The notes under the pieces are model-generated. The model ran no database searches. It was given only the letters and a program-made list of their open reading frames with translations, and was not told the origin of the DNA. From assembly GCF_009914755.1 (NCBI RefSeq), contig NC_060932.1: 64,000 nt of DNA, one strand, 5' to 3'. This document shows, one piece after another, positions 50,367-64,000 of this stretch; the first letter of the stretch is position 1, and the number at the start of each line of letters is the position of its first letter. This stretch comes from the human T2T-CHM13v2.0 reference genome, Homo sapiens. Both the position numbers and the translations under genes were made by a program.

Positions 50367-50964
50367 CTAGTGCCATATGCCCTAATTTGCTAGGGCCTTA
50401 AATCCGTTTTCTTCTCTGCAACATACAGTCATTAATGCATACTCTGCATTCTCCCCACAGGGGAATGTGGGAAAGCCATTTGTGCAGCCCTGACATACTG
50501 CTGACTTGCACTGGAATTGCAAGTCAGATGTTACCTCAAGATCCTCTGAAAAATACACGGCATCATTACTGCTAGCTTGCTTATCAGCTCAGTCTTGCAT
50601 TGTGAATAAGCTGCAGATCTCTGGCTTTTGCAAGCTGTGTGCTTTTTCTCTTCCCTCACCTGAGACCACTCATTGTGCACACCTGTGTTAATCGGACAAC
50701 GAGCATTTGAGCCCTGTGCTAGATGCTGCAAGAGATAGGGAAAGATTATCAGAGCTACCTATAGAGAATAACCCCAGGCAAAGAAATCAGTTGGAGCCAA
50801 GGAGAGTTCCACTGTTATCAGTAAGTCTAGCTTCCCAGGAATAGTTTGCTTGTCCTGCCTCTCCTCTCCTGGGATGCTTCCCCATAACTTGACTCTTCAG
50901 GAGTATCTTTTGAGCCCACCAGTAACCTTCGGTGTAGGGAGATAAAAAAGAATATATACTCTTC

Positions 50965-51515
<551 letters not shown>

Positions 51516-51684
51516 AGCAAAGACTACTCCATCCTTGTAAAGTAAAGCCGTTTTTTTTTTGTTTTTTTTTGTTTTTCTGAAGTCATGGACATCTCTAAAC
51601 ATGGCCTTTTATCTTTCAAAATATGAAGGATTTATGATTAGGGACTATAAGATCCTGTGCAAAAGGGATATAGCATCAGTTTGG

Positions 51685-51835
51685 CCTAGATTCAAATCCT
51701 GGCTCAACAACTTAATGGTTGTGTAAACACAAGTGAGTTGCTTGTTCTTCCAGCTCTATCAACTGTAAAATTAGAATAACAATGCTTATCTCGTAGAATC
51801 ATTTAAGAGTTCGATTGTGGTAGTATGTGTGAAAT
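51685..51835 (+). mobile_element. MIR
   Basis: cctagattcaaatcctggctc...ctgtaaaattagaataac. Confidence 0.7.
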
Positions 51836-52517
51836 TAACTCAACAAATGATACTTTTTCTGCCAAGAATAATACCATTCCCTAAAAGTCAAATTATTTTC
51901 TACTCCCAGCCATTGTACATAAACATGCCTGGACATGTGTAAAGCAACGTGTGTTTTTCAAACTTTTAAAGGTTGCAGAATGCCTAAAACCCTGGTGTGT
52001 GTATTGAGTTGTGCATTGGACGTGAAGGAAGGAACAAAATTGGTATTGTATTGTCTTCTGCATGACTGCCATCTTTTCAAAAAGACTACCTAGAATGAAG
52101 ACATCAAGACTGATTTGGGGCAAGACTCTCCCTTTCCCATACACAGACCTGCAAATCCTGCCTTTGTATAAAATCTTGATTCATTTGAAGCTGGAATTCT
52201 ATTTGTTTACAGCTGTATATCTCATGAAAGACATCAATGAATTGGAAATCATCACAGGTTTAAAGAAACTTGGAGTCAGATTAATTTGCCTATGTCATTA
52301 GGGAGCATTTAAGTTTTAGTTACATGCAATGTAGGAATCTCTTCCATTATATCTCAATTAATTATCTGAACTCAAATATTTATTTATTAGTAGAGTTGGG
52401 AGCTCACTCGCTGTGTTCCTTCAATAGTAAGGAACAGTTCCTTCAATTTTTAAACACATTGAGCCTTTCTGTAACCTACCCTTACTAGTTCTAGCTTTTG
52501 TGTAAACTAAGTCTCAC

Positions 52518-52680
52518 TTCCGCATGTGTAGATGAAAATGCAAGGTCCATCTCTATCTCCAGCCATCTTTTCTGGGTGAAACAGCTTCCAGTTCCTTACT
52601 GCTTCCTATCAACAGCGTCCAGTCTCCTGGCTATATCCATTACCTCATCCCTCAGCTCGACACCCGACATTATAAGGAGG
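52518..52680 (-). pseudogene. Candidate upstream exon LLIMSGVELRDEVMDIARRLDAVDRKQ*GTGSCFTQKRWLEIEMDLAFSSTHAE
   Basis: 54 codons with one stop. Donor GAA|GTGAGA in phase 0; ATG at 52670-52668; weak acceptor. Confidence 0.3.
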
Positions 52681-53317
52681 CTAAGATTGTATTCACTTAT
52701 TTTAGGAACCCATCACCTTGTTGTTGGCTTACCACTGAGCCTGTAATGATAGAAACTGCATCAGGAAAAAAATGAGGTCCACTGACTCAGAAAAGTGGTG
52801 ATGAGAGCCTGGTGTGTGTGGTGAATTTGATTAGGACAGAGGACCCAGACTGTATTGACACCCTGAAGGTCAGGAATGCTGTCAGTGGGAGGATGAACCT
52901 GTGAGACTCATACAGTCTACAAAATCCAGAAAGCTAGTGGATCAATTCGCAATGACTAATAACCGGCTGCTTCAGCCAGAAATGGCTCCAATTGATCACA
53001 AATATTTATTTTCCCTTCTATCACACAAAGTTAAAATGAAATTCTTGGTCTATGCCTCCATGAAATCTGTCGATGTTCTATATACTGCATCATTTTCACC
53101 CACCAACATGATCATCCATTGAACCCCTTTCCTGCAACTTCATATGGAAATAACCAACTTCCATAGTTATCTCAGATGTCCTCGTGTGCACAGACAGCAA
53201 TACAAGTGATCCGAGTGGGAAATGAACTTGGCAAAGGGACCAAGTTGAACTCAATGTCTGGACAAAGATTGACAGGGAAGCATCAAAGACTGACACATGG
53301 CATATAGTGCGGCTCAC

Positions 53318-53408
53318 CTCTACAGGTTAAGAGGCACACAATATGAGGTGTAAATCAGGACTTCTGACCTCTGGGCTCTTATTGTTGAGACAAGAGCAAG
53401 AGAGAAAC
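53318..53408 (-). other. Candidate exon, 91 nt (non-coding or decayed)
   Basis: Strong acceptor ccttcttttatttttcacaaccattttacag|G; donor GAG|GTGAGC. Confidence 0.4.
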
Positions 53409-53469
53409 CTGTAAAATGGTTGTGAAAAATAAAAGAAGGTAGAGAAGTAAACATTAAAGAATCAACGTA

Positions 53470-53770
53470 GGCTGGGCGCGGTGGCTCACGCCTGTAATCC
53501 CAGCACTTTGGGAGGCCGAGGCGGGTGGATCACTTGAGGTCAGGAGTTCAAGACCAGCCTGACCAACACGGAGAAACCCCATCTCTACTAAAAATAGAAA
53601 ATTAGCCAGGTGTGGTGGCACATGCCTATAATCCCTGCTACTCTGGAGGCTGAGGTAGGAGAATGGTTTGAACCCGGGAGGAGGAGGTTGCGGTGAACCT
53701 ATATTGCACCACTGCACTCCAGCCTGGGCAACAAGAGTGAAACTCCGTCTAAAAAAAAAAAAAAAAAAAA
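53470..53770 (+). mobile_element. AluSp-like
   Basis: gaccaacacggagaaacccc; TSD aaagaat.aa.gta. Confidence 0.93.
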
Positions 53771-53895
53771 GAATTAATGTAAATGGTAAAAACATTCAGA
53801 ATGCATTGGACCAAGGAGGAAAGGACACAGGGACAAAGGAGGGGAAGAAATGACCTAAGATGAACTTTGAAGGATGAATAAAATTAAGTGAGATG

Positions 53896-53896
<1 letters not shown>

Positions 53897-53929
<33 letters not shown>
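53897..53929. repeat. (TG)n microsatellite
   Basis: Direct reading. Confidence 0.95.
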
Positions 53930-53932
<3 letters not shown>

Positions 53933-54226
53933 GAACTCTAAAGGTAGAACTGACTAAAATAGAAAACGTGGAACAAATACCCATCGGTGAGGGTAAATAC
54001 ATTCCATCAATGGTGACGGGTTTAAGGGGGTGTTGTCTAGAATGTACTGAAGCTTAGAGAAGAACAAGAGAGATTTGAGGAAATCCTGCAGAAGCGATTA
54101 GAGAATATGAATTGCTTCCCTGGACCCCAAAGGGGAAGCAGGATTACCCCCTGAAGGTTGAAAAACACAGCATTTGGATTAAGTAAAATACACTGATACT
54201 TTGCAAAGTAGGTGGAAACCTTATAG

Positions 54227-54614
<388 letters not shown>

Positions 54615-54761
54615 TAGGCTGTAAGTTCTAAAAGCTTCTTAACCTTAAAACACGTGGACTACATATTTATTTTTCCAAAAAGCATAAATATAAACTCATG
54701 GTTCATACACACCTGGTCGGTCTCTTAATAAAGAGAAACCAGGAATGTGTCCACACCCTGA

Positions 54762-55089
<328 letters not shown>

Positions 55090-55327
55090 TTAGCAATACC
55101 TTTTCTTAAATTACCCGTGGAGTTTACTAACCCCATTGACAAGACCTCATTGAGTCATTCTTGAGTTACGTCTTAAGCTGGAGATTCCATAGAACATAGA
55201 TTGCATTTCTGAAAAGAAAGTTTTTCTAATGGCCTAGTACCCAAAAAGCGTCACTTGATCCTTCAAAAGTGTCCAGTTTTCTTCGAAGTAATGTGTGTAT
55301 CAATACAAACTGACCGTATTGTCTCTA

Positions 55328-55599
55328 TTTTTATATATATATATTTTTTGAGATGGAGTCTCACTCTGTCGCCCACTGCAAGCTCCATCTCCTGGGTTCA
55401 CGCCATTCTCCTGCCTCAGCCTCCGAAGTAGCTGGGACTACAGGCGCCCGCCACCACGCCCGGCTAATTTTTTGTATTTTTAGTAGAGACGGGGTTTCAC
55501 CGTGTTAGCCAGGATGGTCTGGATCTCCTGACCTGGTGATTCGTCCACCTCGGCCTCCCAAAGTGCTGGGATTACAGGCATGAGCCACCGCGCCTGGCC
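55328..55599 (-). mobile_element. AluY with internal deletion
   Basis: CpG-rich; TSD tattgtctct. Confidence 0.93.
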
Positions 55600-55618
55600 C
55601 CCTTATTGTCTCTCTTGA

Positions 55619-55949
<331 letters not shown>

Positions 55950-57289
55950 TAGAAAAGTCTTAAACAATAGAATTTGGGATAAGTGTTGAAAAGATTGTTT
56001 TACTGTAGATTTGGCTAAAAATAAGTGCACTATTAATATGCTGTCCTTTTAGATGGTTTATTCTTGTATGTAGTAGCACATCAGAGTATCTTAATTTTGG
56101 TTACTTGCTTTCCATTTCTAAACCACTAACTTTCCCTTTCAACAGCAAGAGCCCAAGGGCTGTTGCAATTTATTACTAATAAAGAGTTTCAATGTGACCC
56201 CTGAGTCTATTCCACCAAAAAAGTGGATTCCACTTTTTGAAACTTTTGTTTTATAAAATGAGGGGTTTTATGTTGATGTTGATGTTTGGGCTTTTTGATG
56301 TTGATGATACCAACATTTTATGCAGAAAATATTTAAATTCCAATAGAACTGCAAAGCACAATTTTTACCATGATTCCTTTCTTCTGATAGAAAACTGGAG
56401 ATTAAAAACCCCAGAGCCCTTAATACCTCATTTAACTGGCAACACATTTAAATTCTTTACAAAAGCGTTAACAGAAAACTTGTGTGCGGGTGGTAGAGGC
56501 TGGCAGGGAAGCACACGCTGGCATGAAGAACGGTGTCTTTGGTCGCTATGGCTTAGGGATTAAGGAAATGCCAAAAAGGCCTTCAGGAAAAGTATATTTG
56601 TTTTGTATGTGGAGCAGCCAGAAGAAGATTTGGCACAAGTCATAAAAGGGCAAGACATTTTCTGGTATCCTGGAGAGCCTAATTTCAGCCAGGTGACTGA
56701 ACTTGCTGTATGGCCTTGGTGCAAAGTGAACGGTTTCTTTGCTTTGTGCTTTTTCCAAGCTCTTACCTATAGGCTCAAAACAATAACATGGAAATGCATA
56801 AGGGAATGGCGCTCAGCAGAGCACCTCCAGCACGGTTGCTTTTGGAGCTGCGAGGATATTAGAGCTAATGACTCAGAACGGTTTTGAACTCTCGGAGGGG
56901 TTCATGTTTCCATGGCTTGGCCTGCACTGGGCACAGATAATGAAACATTGGCTGAAATAAGCATTATGATGATAGGGCGGAGAAGTCCCACGTCTCTCCT
57001 AGCAATTGCCCTTACAGTGGGATGGTGACAGAATGCTCTACTGGTGGTGGCTCTGACATGGATTTTAATGGTCTAGAAATGATTAAATTGGATATATTCC
57101 AAAGGGAAAAGACCATGGAGAAAATTAAGGATTTTTTCTCTTATTTTATCCTTTCTGTTTCTTTCTTTCCTTCCTCTCTTACCTTACCTTTCTTTCTCTC
57201 TTTCTCTTCTTTTTTCTTTTCTGCTCTTGAGGAGGTACTATTCCATACTATTATACTTTATTTAGACCTGGAAGGGACCTTAGCAGTAG

Positions 57290-57614
<325 letters not shown>

Positions 57615-57649
57615 GCAGTTGTTTTCTTAAAGCTTTCCGTTTTACAGAC

Positions 57650-57805
57650 AGCCGTGTGGTATAGTCAAGAGACCTAGAATAAAAAGGCCTAGATTTTAGT
57701 CTAAGTTTCACCACCTACTAGGTGCATATATCTTGGGTAAATACACAGTCTTTGTGAGCCCGTTTTTTTTTTTTTTTTTTCTTCATCTGTAAAATAAGAA
57801 TGCTG
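57650..57805 (+). mobile_element. MIR
   Basis: gtgtggtatagt...ttcatctgtaaaataag. Confidence 0.7.
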
Positions 57806-57894
57806 GCCAGGGAAAGAATTCAGCCCTCCTGACTCTCAGCCCAGTGCTCCTTGGCCACTTTGCTCCAGTATTCCACTGGCATCTTCCTACTTAC

Positions 57895-58008
57895 CTCCAC
57901 AATCCTCCAGCCATGTGTCCTCCTTGCAGACCCCTAACCTTCTCCCCGGCACTGTCTGTGTCCCCTCCAAACCCATCCCTGTGATGCCAGAGGATAGCTA
58001 CTCACATA
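57895..58008 (-). other. Candidate exon, 114 nt, with a good-context ATG (57976-57974)
   Basis: Acceptor tgctttttctag; consensus donor GAG|GTAAGT. gggATGg opens 27 codons to a phase-1 exit. Confidence 0.35.
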
Positions 58009-58286
58009 CTAGAAAAAGCACTGGAATTCAGTTCTTCCAAGTTCACAGCCAGCAATATTTTGATCCTCTAGGAGTGTGAAATTAAATGACAGACCAGATA
58101 CCCTTGCCCATTTTCTGCCTCTTTCCCATGTGTCATACTCCAAGGGGTCAACCCTGATCTTTGGAATCTCAGCTCCAATGTCCATTGATAGGGAAAACTG
58201 CCTTGACTCCCTAGAATATAAAGCCCCCTGCTCTATGACCTTATAGTGCACTGGCCTTTCAGAGCACCTGTCACAATGTGTCATCA

Positions 58287-58667
<381 letters not shown>

Positions 58668-58824
58668 CTATGCTGTCCTATTCAGAAAGTCAGGAAGCAT
58701 ATCTGTTGGGCTTGTTGCCGCATCTTCGGGGCTTTGCTCAGAGCCTGGCACAAGGTGTTTCCTGGATCAAAGGCTGCTGGTGAGCGAAGGAATGGATTTA
58801 ACTTTCTAATGAATGCCCTAGCAC

Positions 58825-58960
58825 CATCATTTATTGAGAGCATATGATAGGCCAGGTTCTGAATTGGGCACTTTACATAACTTAGCTTATGTAACTTCCA
58901 AAACAACCCTCTAAGGAAGGTGTCACTAACTGCATTTTATATAAAAGGAAACTGAAGCTA
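58825..58960 (-). mobile_element. MIR
   Basis: catttattgagagc...cattttatataaaaggaaactgaagct. Confidence 0.75.
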
Positions 58961-58985
58961 ATGGCAGCACCAAGAAAAATCATCC

Positions 58986-59252
58986 AGCCAGGTGTTGTGG
59001 CTCATGCCTGTAATCCCCACACTTTGGGAGGCCGAGGCTAGCAGATCACTTAAGCCCAGGAGTTCAAGGCCAGCTTCTGCAACATAATGAAATCTCACCT
59101 CTTCCAAAAAAAATTTAAAAACTATCCACATGTTGTGTTTCATGCCTGTAGTCCTAGCTCCTTGGGAGGCTGAGGTGGGAGATTCATGGAGCCCAGGAGG
59201 TTGGGGTTGCAGTGAACCATGATTGTACCACTGCACTCCAACCTGGGCAACA
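58986..59252 (+). mobile_element. AluJ
   Basis: Dimer; the tail is replaced by a purine tract. Confidence 0.92.
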
Positions 59253-59598
59253 GAGAAAGATGAGAGAGAGAGAGAGAGGAGGGGAGAAGGGGAGAAGGGG
59301 GAAAGAGAGAAGGAGAGAAGGGGAGGGAGAGAAAGGAAAGGAAAGAAAGGAAAGAGAGAAAGAAAGGAAGAGAGAGAAAGGGAGAATGGGAGGAGGAGAG
59401 AAGGAGAGGATAGAAGGGGAGAAGGGGGAGAAGGAGAGAAGGAGAGAGAAGGAAAGAAAGAAAGAAAGAAAGAAAGAAGAAAGAAAGAAAGAAAGAGAAA
59501 GAGAGGGAGGGAGGGAAGGAAGGAAGGAAGGAAGGAAAGAAAGAAGGAAGGAGAGCAAGAAAGAAAGAAAGAAGGAAAGAAAGAAAAGAAAGGAAAAG
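59251..59598 (+). repeat. About 350-nt near-pure purine tract (GA/GGAA/GAAA)
   Basis: Direct reading. Confidence 0.97.
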
Positions 59599-61556
59599 CA
59601 TCCAACTCAGCTTCCAGAGTTGACAGGAGGTGACAGTGATGACACCCTTGCCTAATTCCTTCCAAGTCCTGCTGAAATCAAATTCAAGTGTTCTCCTTAT
59701 CTGGTAACTTAGCTATCTCAGTGGGAATTTAATATATATAAATTGATCACACAATTGCTATTTACCAAGGCTCTATTAGCTGTGGGAAATATCAATGAAT
59801 ATAAGACACAGCCATCTGGAATGGATCCGGTCTAAGCTGATTGACCATGGGAGGTACGGGGATTTTTTTTCTTTGCTCCCCCACTTCCACCTCACCCAAA
59901 CCTAGCTCCTTGGAAACCAAGAACTGTGCCCTTCTGGCTCTCTTAAGATACTGGTGCCCATCTGTCAAGCACAGATTTCGCCGTGTTAGAGCCCCAAAGA
60001 TGTGCATCTCGTAGCACAATAGCATTGTAATGCCTGTTCTTTAACTGAATTGCAAACAAAGCAACACTCTGCCTTGATATGAAAAGTCACATTTATTTTC
60101 ATTTTGGACACTAGCTCTGTGGGATCTTGCAAGTGAATGTTGCTGTCATCCCCACTAGGACTTAGTCAGCTGAGCTGGAAGAGATTTTGTGTTTGTTTTA
60201 TTTACTTATTTAAAAGAAAGGAGATTAGTGAATACATGTCTATTTGAGAGCAAATTCCATTTTGATCAAAACACCAGCTCCATGCCCTGGCGATGAGTCC
60301 TCTTTCATGCGTCTTGTGATGCTGACCTAGGGTTGAGAATATTAGATAATGAAAGTCATTTAAAGGAGAATCCCAAGATAAAACTCTACCATTCCCTCAT
60401 CTCACAAATGCACATTTTTCTTTTCCTTTTATGCTCTTGTGCTACATCTTTTTGGAAGCTGTTTTCTCATTCAAACAACCCCTACTGGGCAAGCCTGTCT
60501 GCAAGAGCTGCAGGTGTCCCCGCAGCCCAGCTTACAAAGCCTGCTTGTTAATCAGCCCCATCACATGTCTTTTGACCGCCTTCCTACCCAGCTTTCTCCA
60601 TATCTCTCTCCCAGCCAACCACTACTACTACTTCTAAAAGAGAAAAAAAACCAACAGCCAGTCAAAAGAGCTATTATCCTAAAGATTCCTTAACAAGGCC
60701 TGTGGCTCTCCAGGAAATTAGTCCAAGTTTTGCTCCCCTCCTCCTTCCTCTACATGGCACCCCCTCCTCCCATTCATTGGTGGCTGCAAAACTTGTTGAC
60801 CCTGCTACATTCTGTGACCACTGGACATGCTACCAAGTGTCTCTCCGGAAGCCTCTCAGCCACCATTATTATATGGTGTGGCCATACGATAATGTATGGC
60901 CATTACTGTATGGCTTCCCCATCAGAACCAGTTAGGAATATAAATACACAAGGAGATCATCCTCTGACTAAACAAAGTCCAACAGTGGTGACACTGTGCA
61001 GTGCCTTTAGAGAGTTTCAACAGGGGATCTGGAAGACAAATAGGTCACTTTCTTCCAATCTTCTATGTTTGATAACTGACTGTTTGACTCTATTAGTCCT
61101 CCCCGCCTCAATTTCCTGAGATGGAAAATGAGAATGTTAATTCTATGCACCGTGACTGGGGGAGAAGTAATTTGCTAATAAGAGCCAGTGTTTGTAGAAG
61201 GCTCTGGGGTTGGCATAGGTAGGTCATAACTAATCTATGTCAATCACGTACCGTGGATCTGAAATTGAAGGAAGGCTGCACGTATCCACAGGCCCTAAAG
61301 GGGAGGTTTATTTGCTCTGCACTATCACCTCGTCCCACTCCACCCCACGCGGAAATCAGACATCTGTCTCATGACCGAATTAGTGCTCTCAGAAACTCAA
61401 AAAGAGGAAGCAAATTATGTCTTTTGGGGGGTTTTACCGTCTGGTGTACTATGCAGAGAAATAAGTTTTCCCAGAGTTACTTGTGTTGTATCAAAATGGG
61501 ATTTCCTCAATGCTTTTTATTAGCAAAATGCTCTAAGAGTCCAAAGGATTGTCTTA

Positions 61557-61967
<411 letters not shown>

Positions 61968-62489
61968 CTATTAAAAATGGCAAATGACACATTCTTTTTA
62001 GATAAATAGAAACTTTCCTTTTCCTGCCACTGAACAAGCAGGCCTCAGGAAAACTTGATTTAGAGCATCGGTTTACTTTTGCAAGTAAAACGCCCTAAGA
62101 GATGGTCCATGTCATGACATTTTCACAGCTGGATTTTGGCACATTTAGGTCTCAGAGGTAACATCACACAGAAGCCTTCTTGTAGAAGTCAACAAAAACC
62201 ACCCAGAAGTCAGGACGGACTGAAGTCTACTGACCTAGTAAAACTGAAAATACACAGCTACCTCCGGAAGGACAGAGGGAAAAGCAACATTCAGGGATGG
62301 GACTGTTGAGCCACAAGAAATCATGTGACAATTTTTCATCCATGGTTTATCAAGCAGCAATAGGCCTGAACTTTAAACAGTTTACTGACAGAAACATATG
62401 TGGCCTCTCTCTCTATAATTATAGTTTAATTATATTAACTACAATTGTGACTAGTTGTAATTATGTGTGTGTGCGCATGTGTATATAAC

Positions 62490-62808
62490 ATGATAAAATT
62501 CATTTTAACCATTTAAGTGCACAGTACATTGGTGCATTCATTAGTACATGCACATTTTCGTGCAACCATCACCTGAATACTTATCATCTTCCCAAACTGC
62601 AGTTCTGTACCCACTAAACATGAGCTCCCCACTCACCTCTCCTCCAGCCTCTGGCTACCAACATTCTGTCTCCATACATTTGTCTACTCTAGGTCCTTCC
62701 TATACGTGGAATTAAACAGTATGTATCCTTTTGTGACTGACTTATTTCACTTGGCATAATATTCTTAAGGTTCATCCATGTTGTAGCATATTAAGCATGA
62801 ATAATATA
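62490..62808 (-). mobile_element. L1M 3' end
   Basis: tgactgacttatttcacttggcataatattcttaaggttcatccatgttgtagcata. Confidence 0.85.
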
Positions 62809-63216
62809 CCTTTCCCTCCCTTCCTTCCTTCCTCCCTCCCTCTCTCCCTTCCCTTCTCCTTCCTTCCTCCCCTCCCCTCCCCTCCCCTCTTCTCCCCTCT
62901 TCTCCCCTCTTCTCCCCTCCTCCTCCCCCTCTTCTCCCCTCCTCCTCCCCCTCCTCTCCCCTCCTCCTCCCCCTCCTCTCCCCTCCTCCTCCCACTCCTC
63001 TCCCCTCCTCTCCCCTCCTCTCCCCTCCTCTCCCCTCCTCTCCCCTCCTCCTCTCCCCTCCTCTCCCCTCCTCTCCCCTCCTCTCCCCTCCTCCTCTCCC
63101 CTCCTCTCCCCTCCTCTCCCCTCCTCCTCTCCCCTCCTCCTCTCCCCTCCTCCTCTCCCCTCCTCCTCTCCCCTCCTCCCCTCTTCTCTTCTCTTCTTTT
63201 CTTTTCTTTTCTTTCC
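62809..63216 (+). repeat. About 400-nt pyrimidine tract, (CCTCTCCCCT)n-like units
   Basis: Direct reading; G-rich on the - strand. Confidence 0.97.
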
Positions 63217-63469
63217 ACGGTCACCCCTGTTGCCCAGGCTGGAGTACAGTGTTGTGATCATGGCTCACTGCAGCTGGGCTCAAGCGATCCTCCCACCTCA
63301 GCCTCCCAAGTAGCTGGGACTATAGGTGAGCACCACCACTCCAGGCTAATTTTTGTATTTTTTTGTAGATACGGGGTTTCGCCATGTTACCCAGGATGGG
63401 CGCAAGTGATCTTCCCACCTCAGATTCCCAAGGTGCTGGGATTACAGGCATAAGTCACGGCGCCTTGCC
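63217..63469 (-). mobile_element. AluJ with deletions
   Basis: gatcatggctcactgcagc; ggctcaagcgatcctcc. Confidence 0.9.
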
Positions 63470-63489
63470 ACATTCTCTCTTCATATAAA

Positions 63490-64000
<511 letters not shown>

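Noticed and set aside
52213-52257. 45-nt + strand exon candidate (AVYLMKDINELEIITG)
   Set aside because: The donor GTTTAA is poor and there are no partner exons.
52681-53257. Second EF-hand-like resemblance (MMQYIEH...DQLEP...IDPLAFWIL) on the - strand
   Set aside because: Stop density in this frame is near random, and the match needs several ad hoc frameshifts.
58958-59665. ORFs up to 235 aa rich in F/L/S/P or E/R/K/G
   Set aside because: They are stop-free only because the tract is homopurine/homopyrimidine.
62765-63453. ORFs of 150-218 aa (Pro/Ser/Leu or Gly/Glu/Arg repeats)
   Set aside because: Low-complexity minisatellite plus Alu.

Overview
Primate (human/ape-like) intronic or intergenic DNA, very Alu-dense (about 45 Alu/FLAM copies). 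It also holds L1, L2, MIR, MaLR/ERVL LTR and hAT-MER relics, microsatellites and two long homopurine/homopyrimidine tracts. I can support no intact protein-coding gene, tRNA, rRNA or CRISPR array. Nearly all ORF-track entries are Alu, L1 or low-complexity artefacts, and the one ORF with a recognisable product is an L1 ORF1p fragment (44.4-45.0 kb). The main unexplained signal is a chain of about 12-15 minus-strand exon-like segments in the repeat-free islands (about 58.0 to 20.6 kb). They have AG..GT splice sites, largely compatible phases and frames broken by few stops. The chain ends in a 170-codon terminal frame encoding a basic stretch, a hydrophobic helix and a Cys/Trp-containing tail. 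I read this as a probable decayed, unprocessed (possibly unitary) pseudogene of a C-terminally anchored protein, loosely KASH5/IRAG2- or TMCO5/SMCO2-like. That family call is by eye and unverified. Repeat subfamilies and boundaries are approximate.
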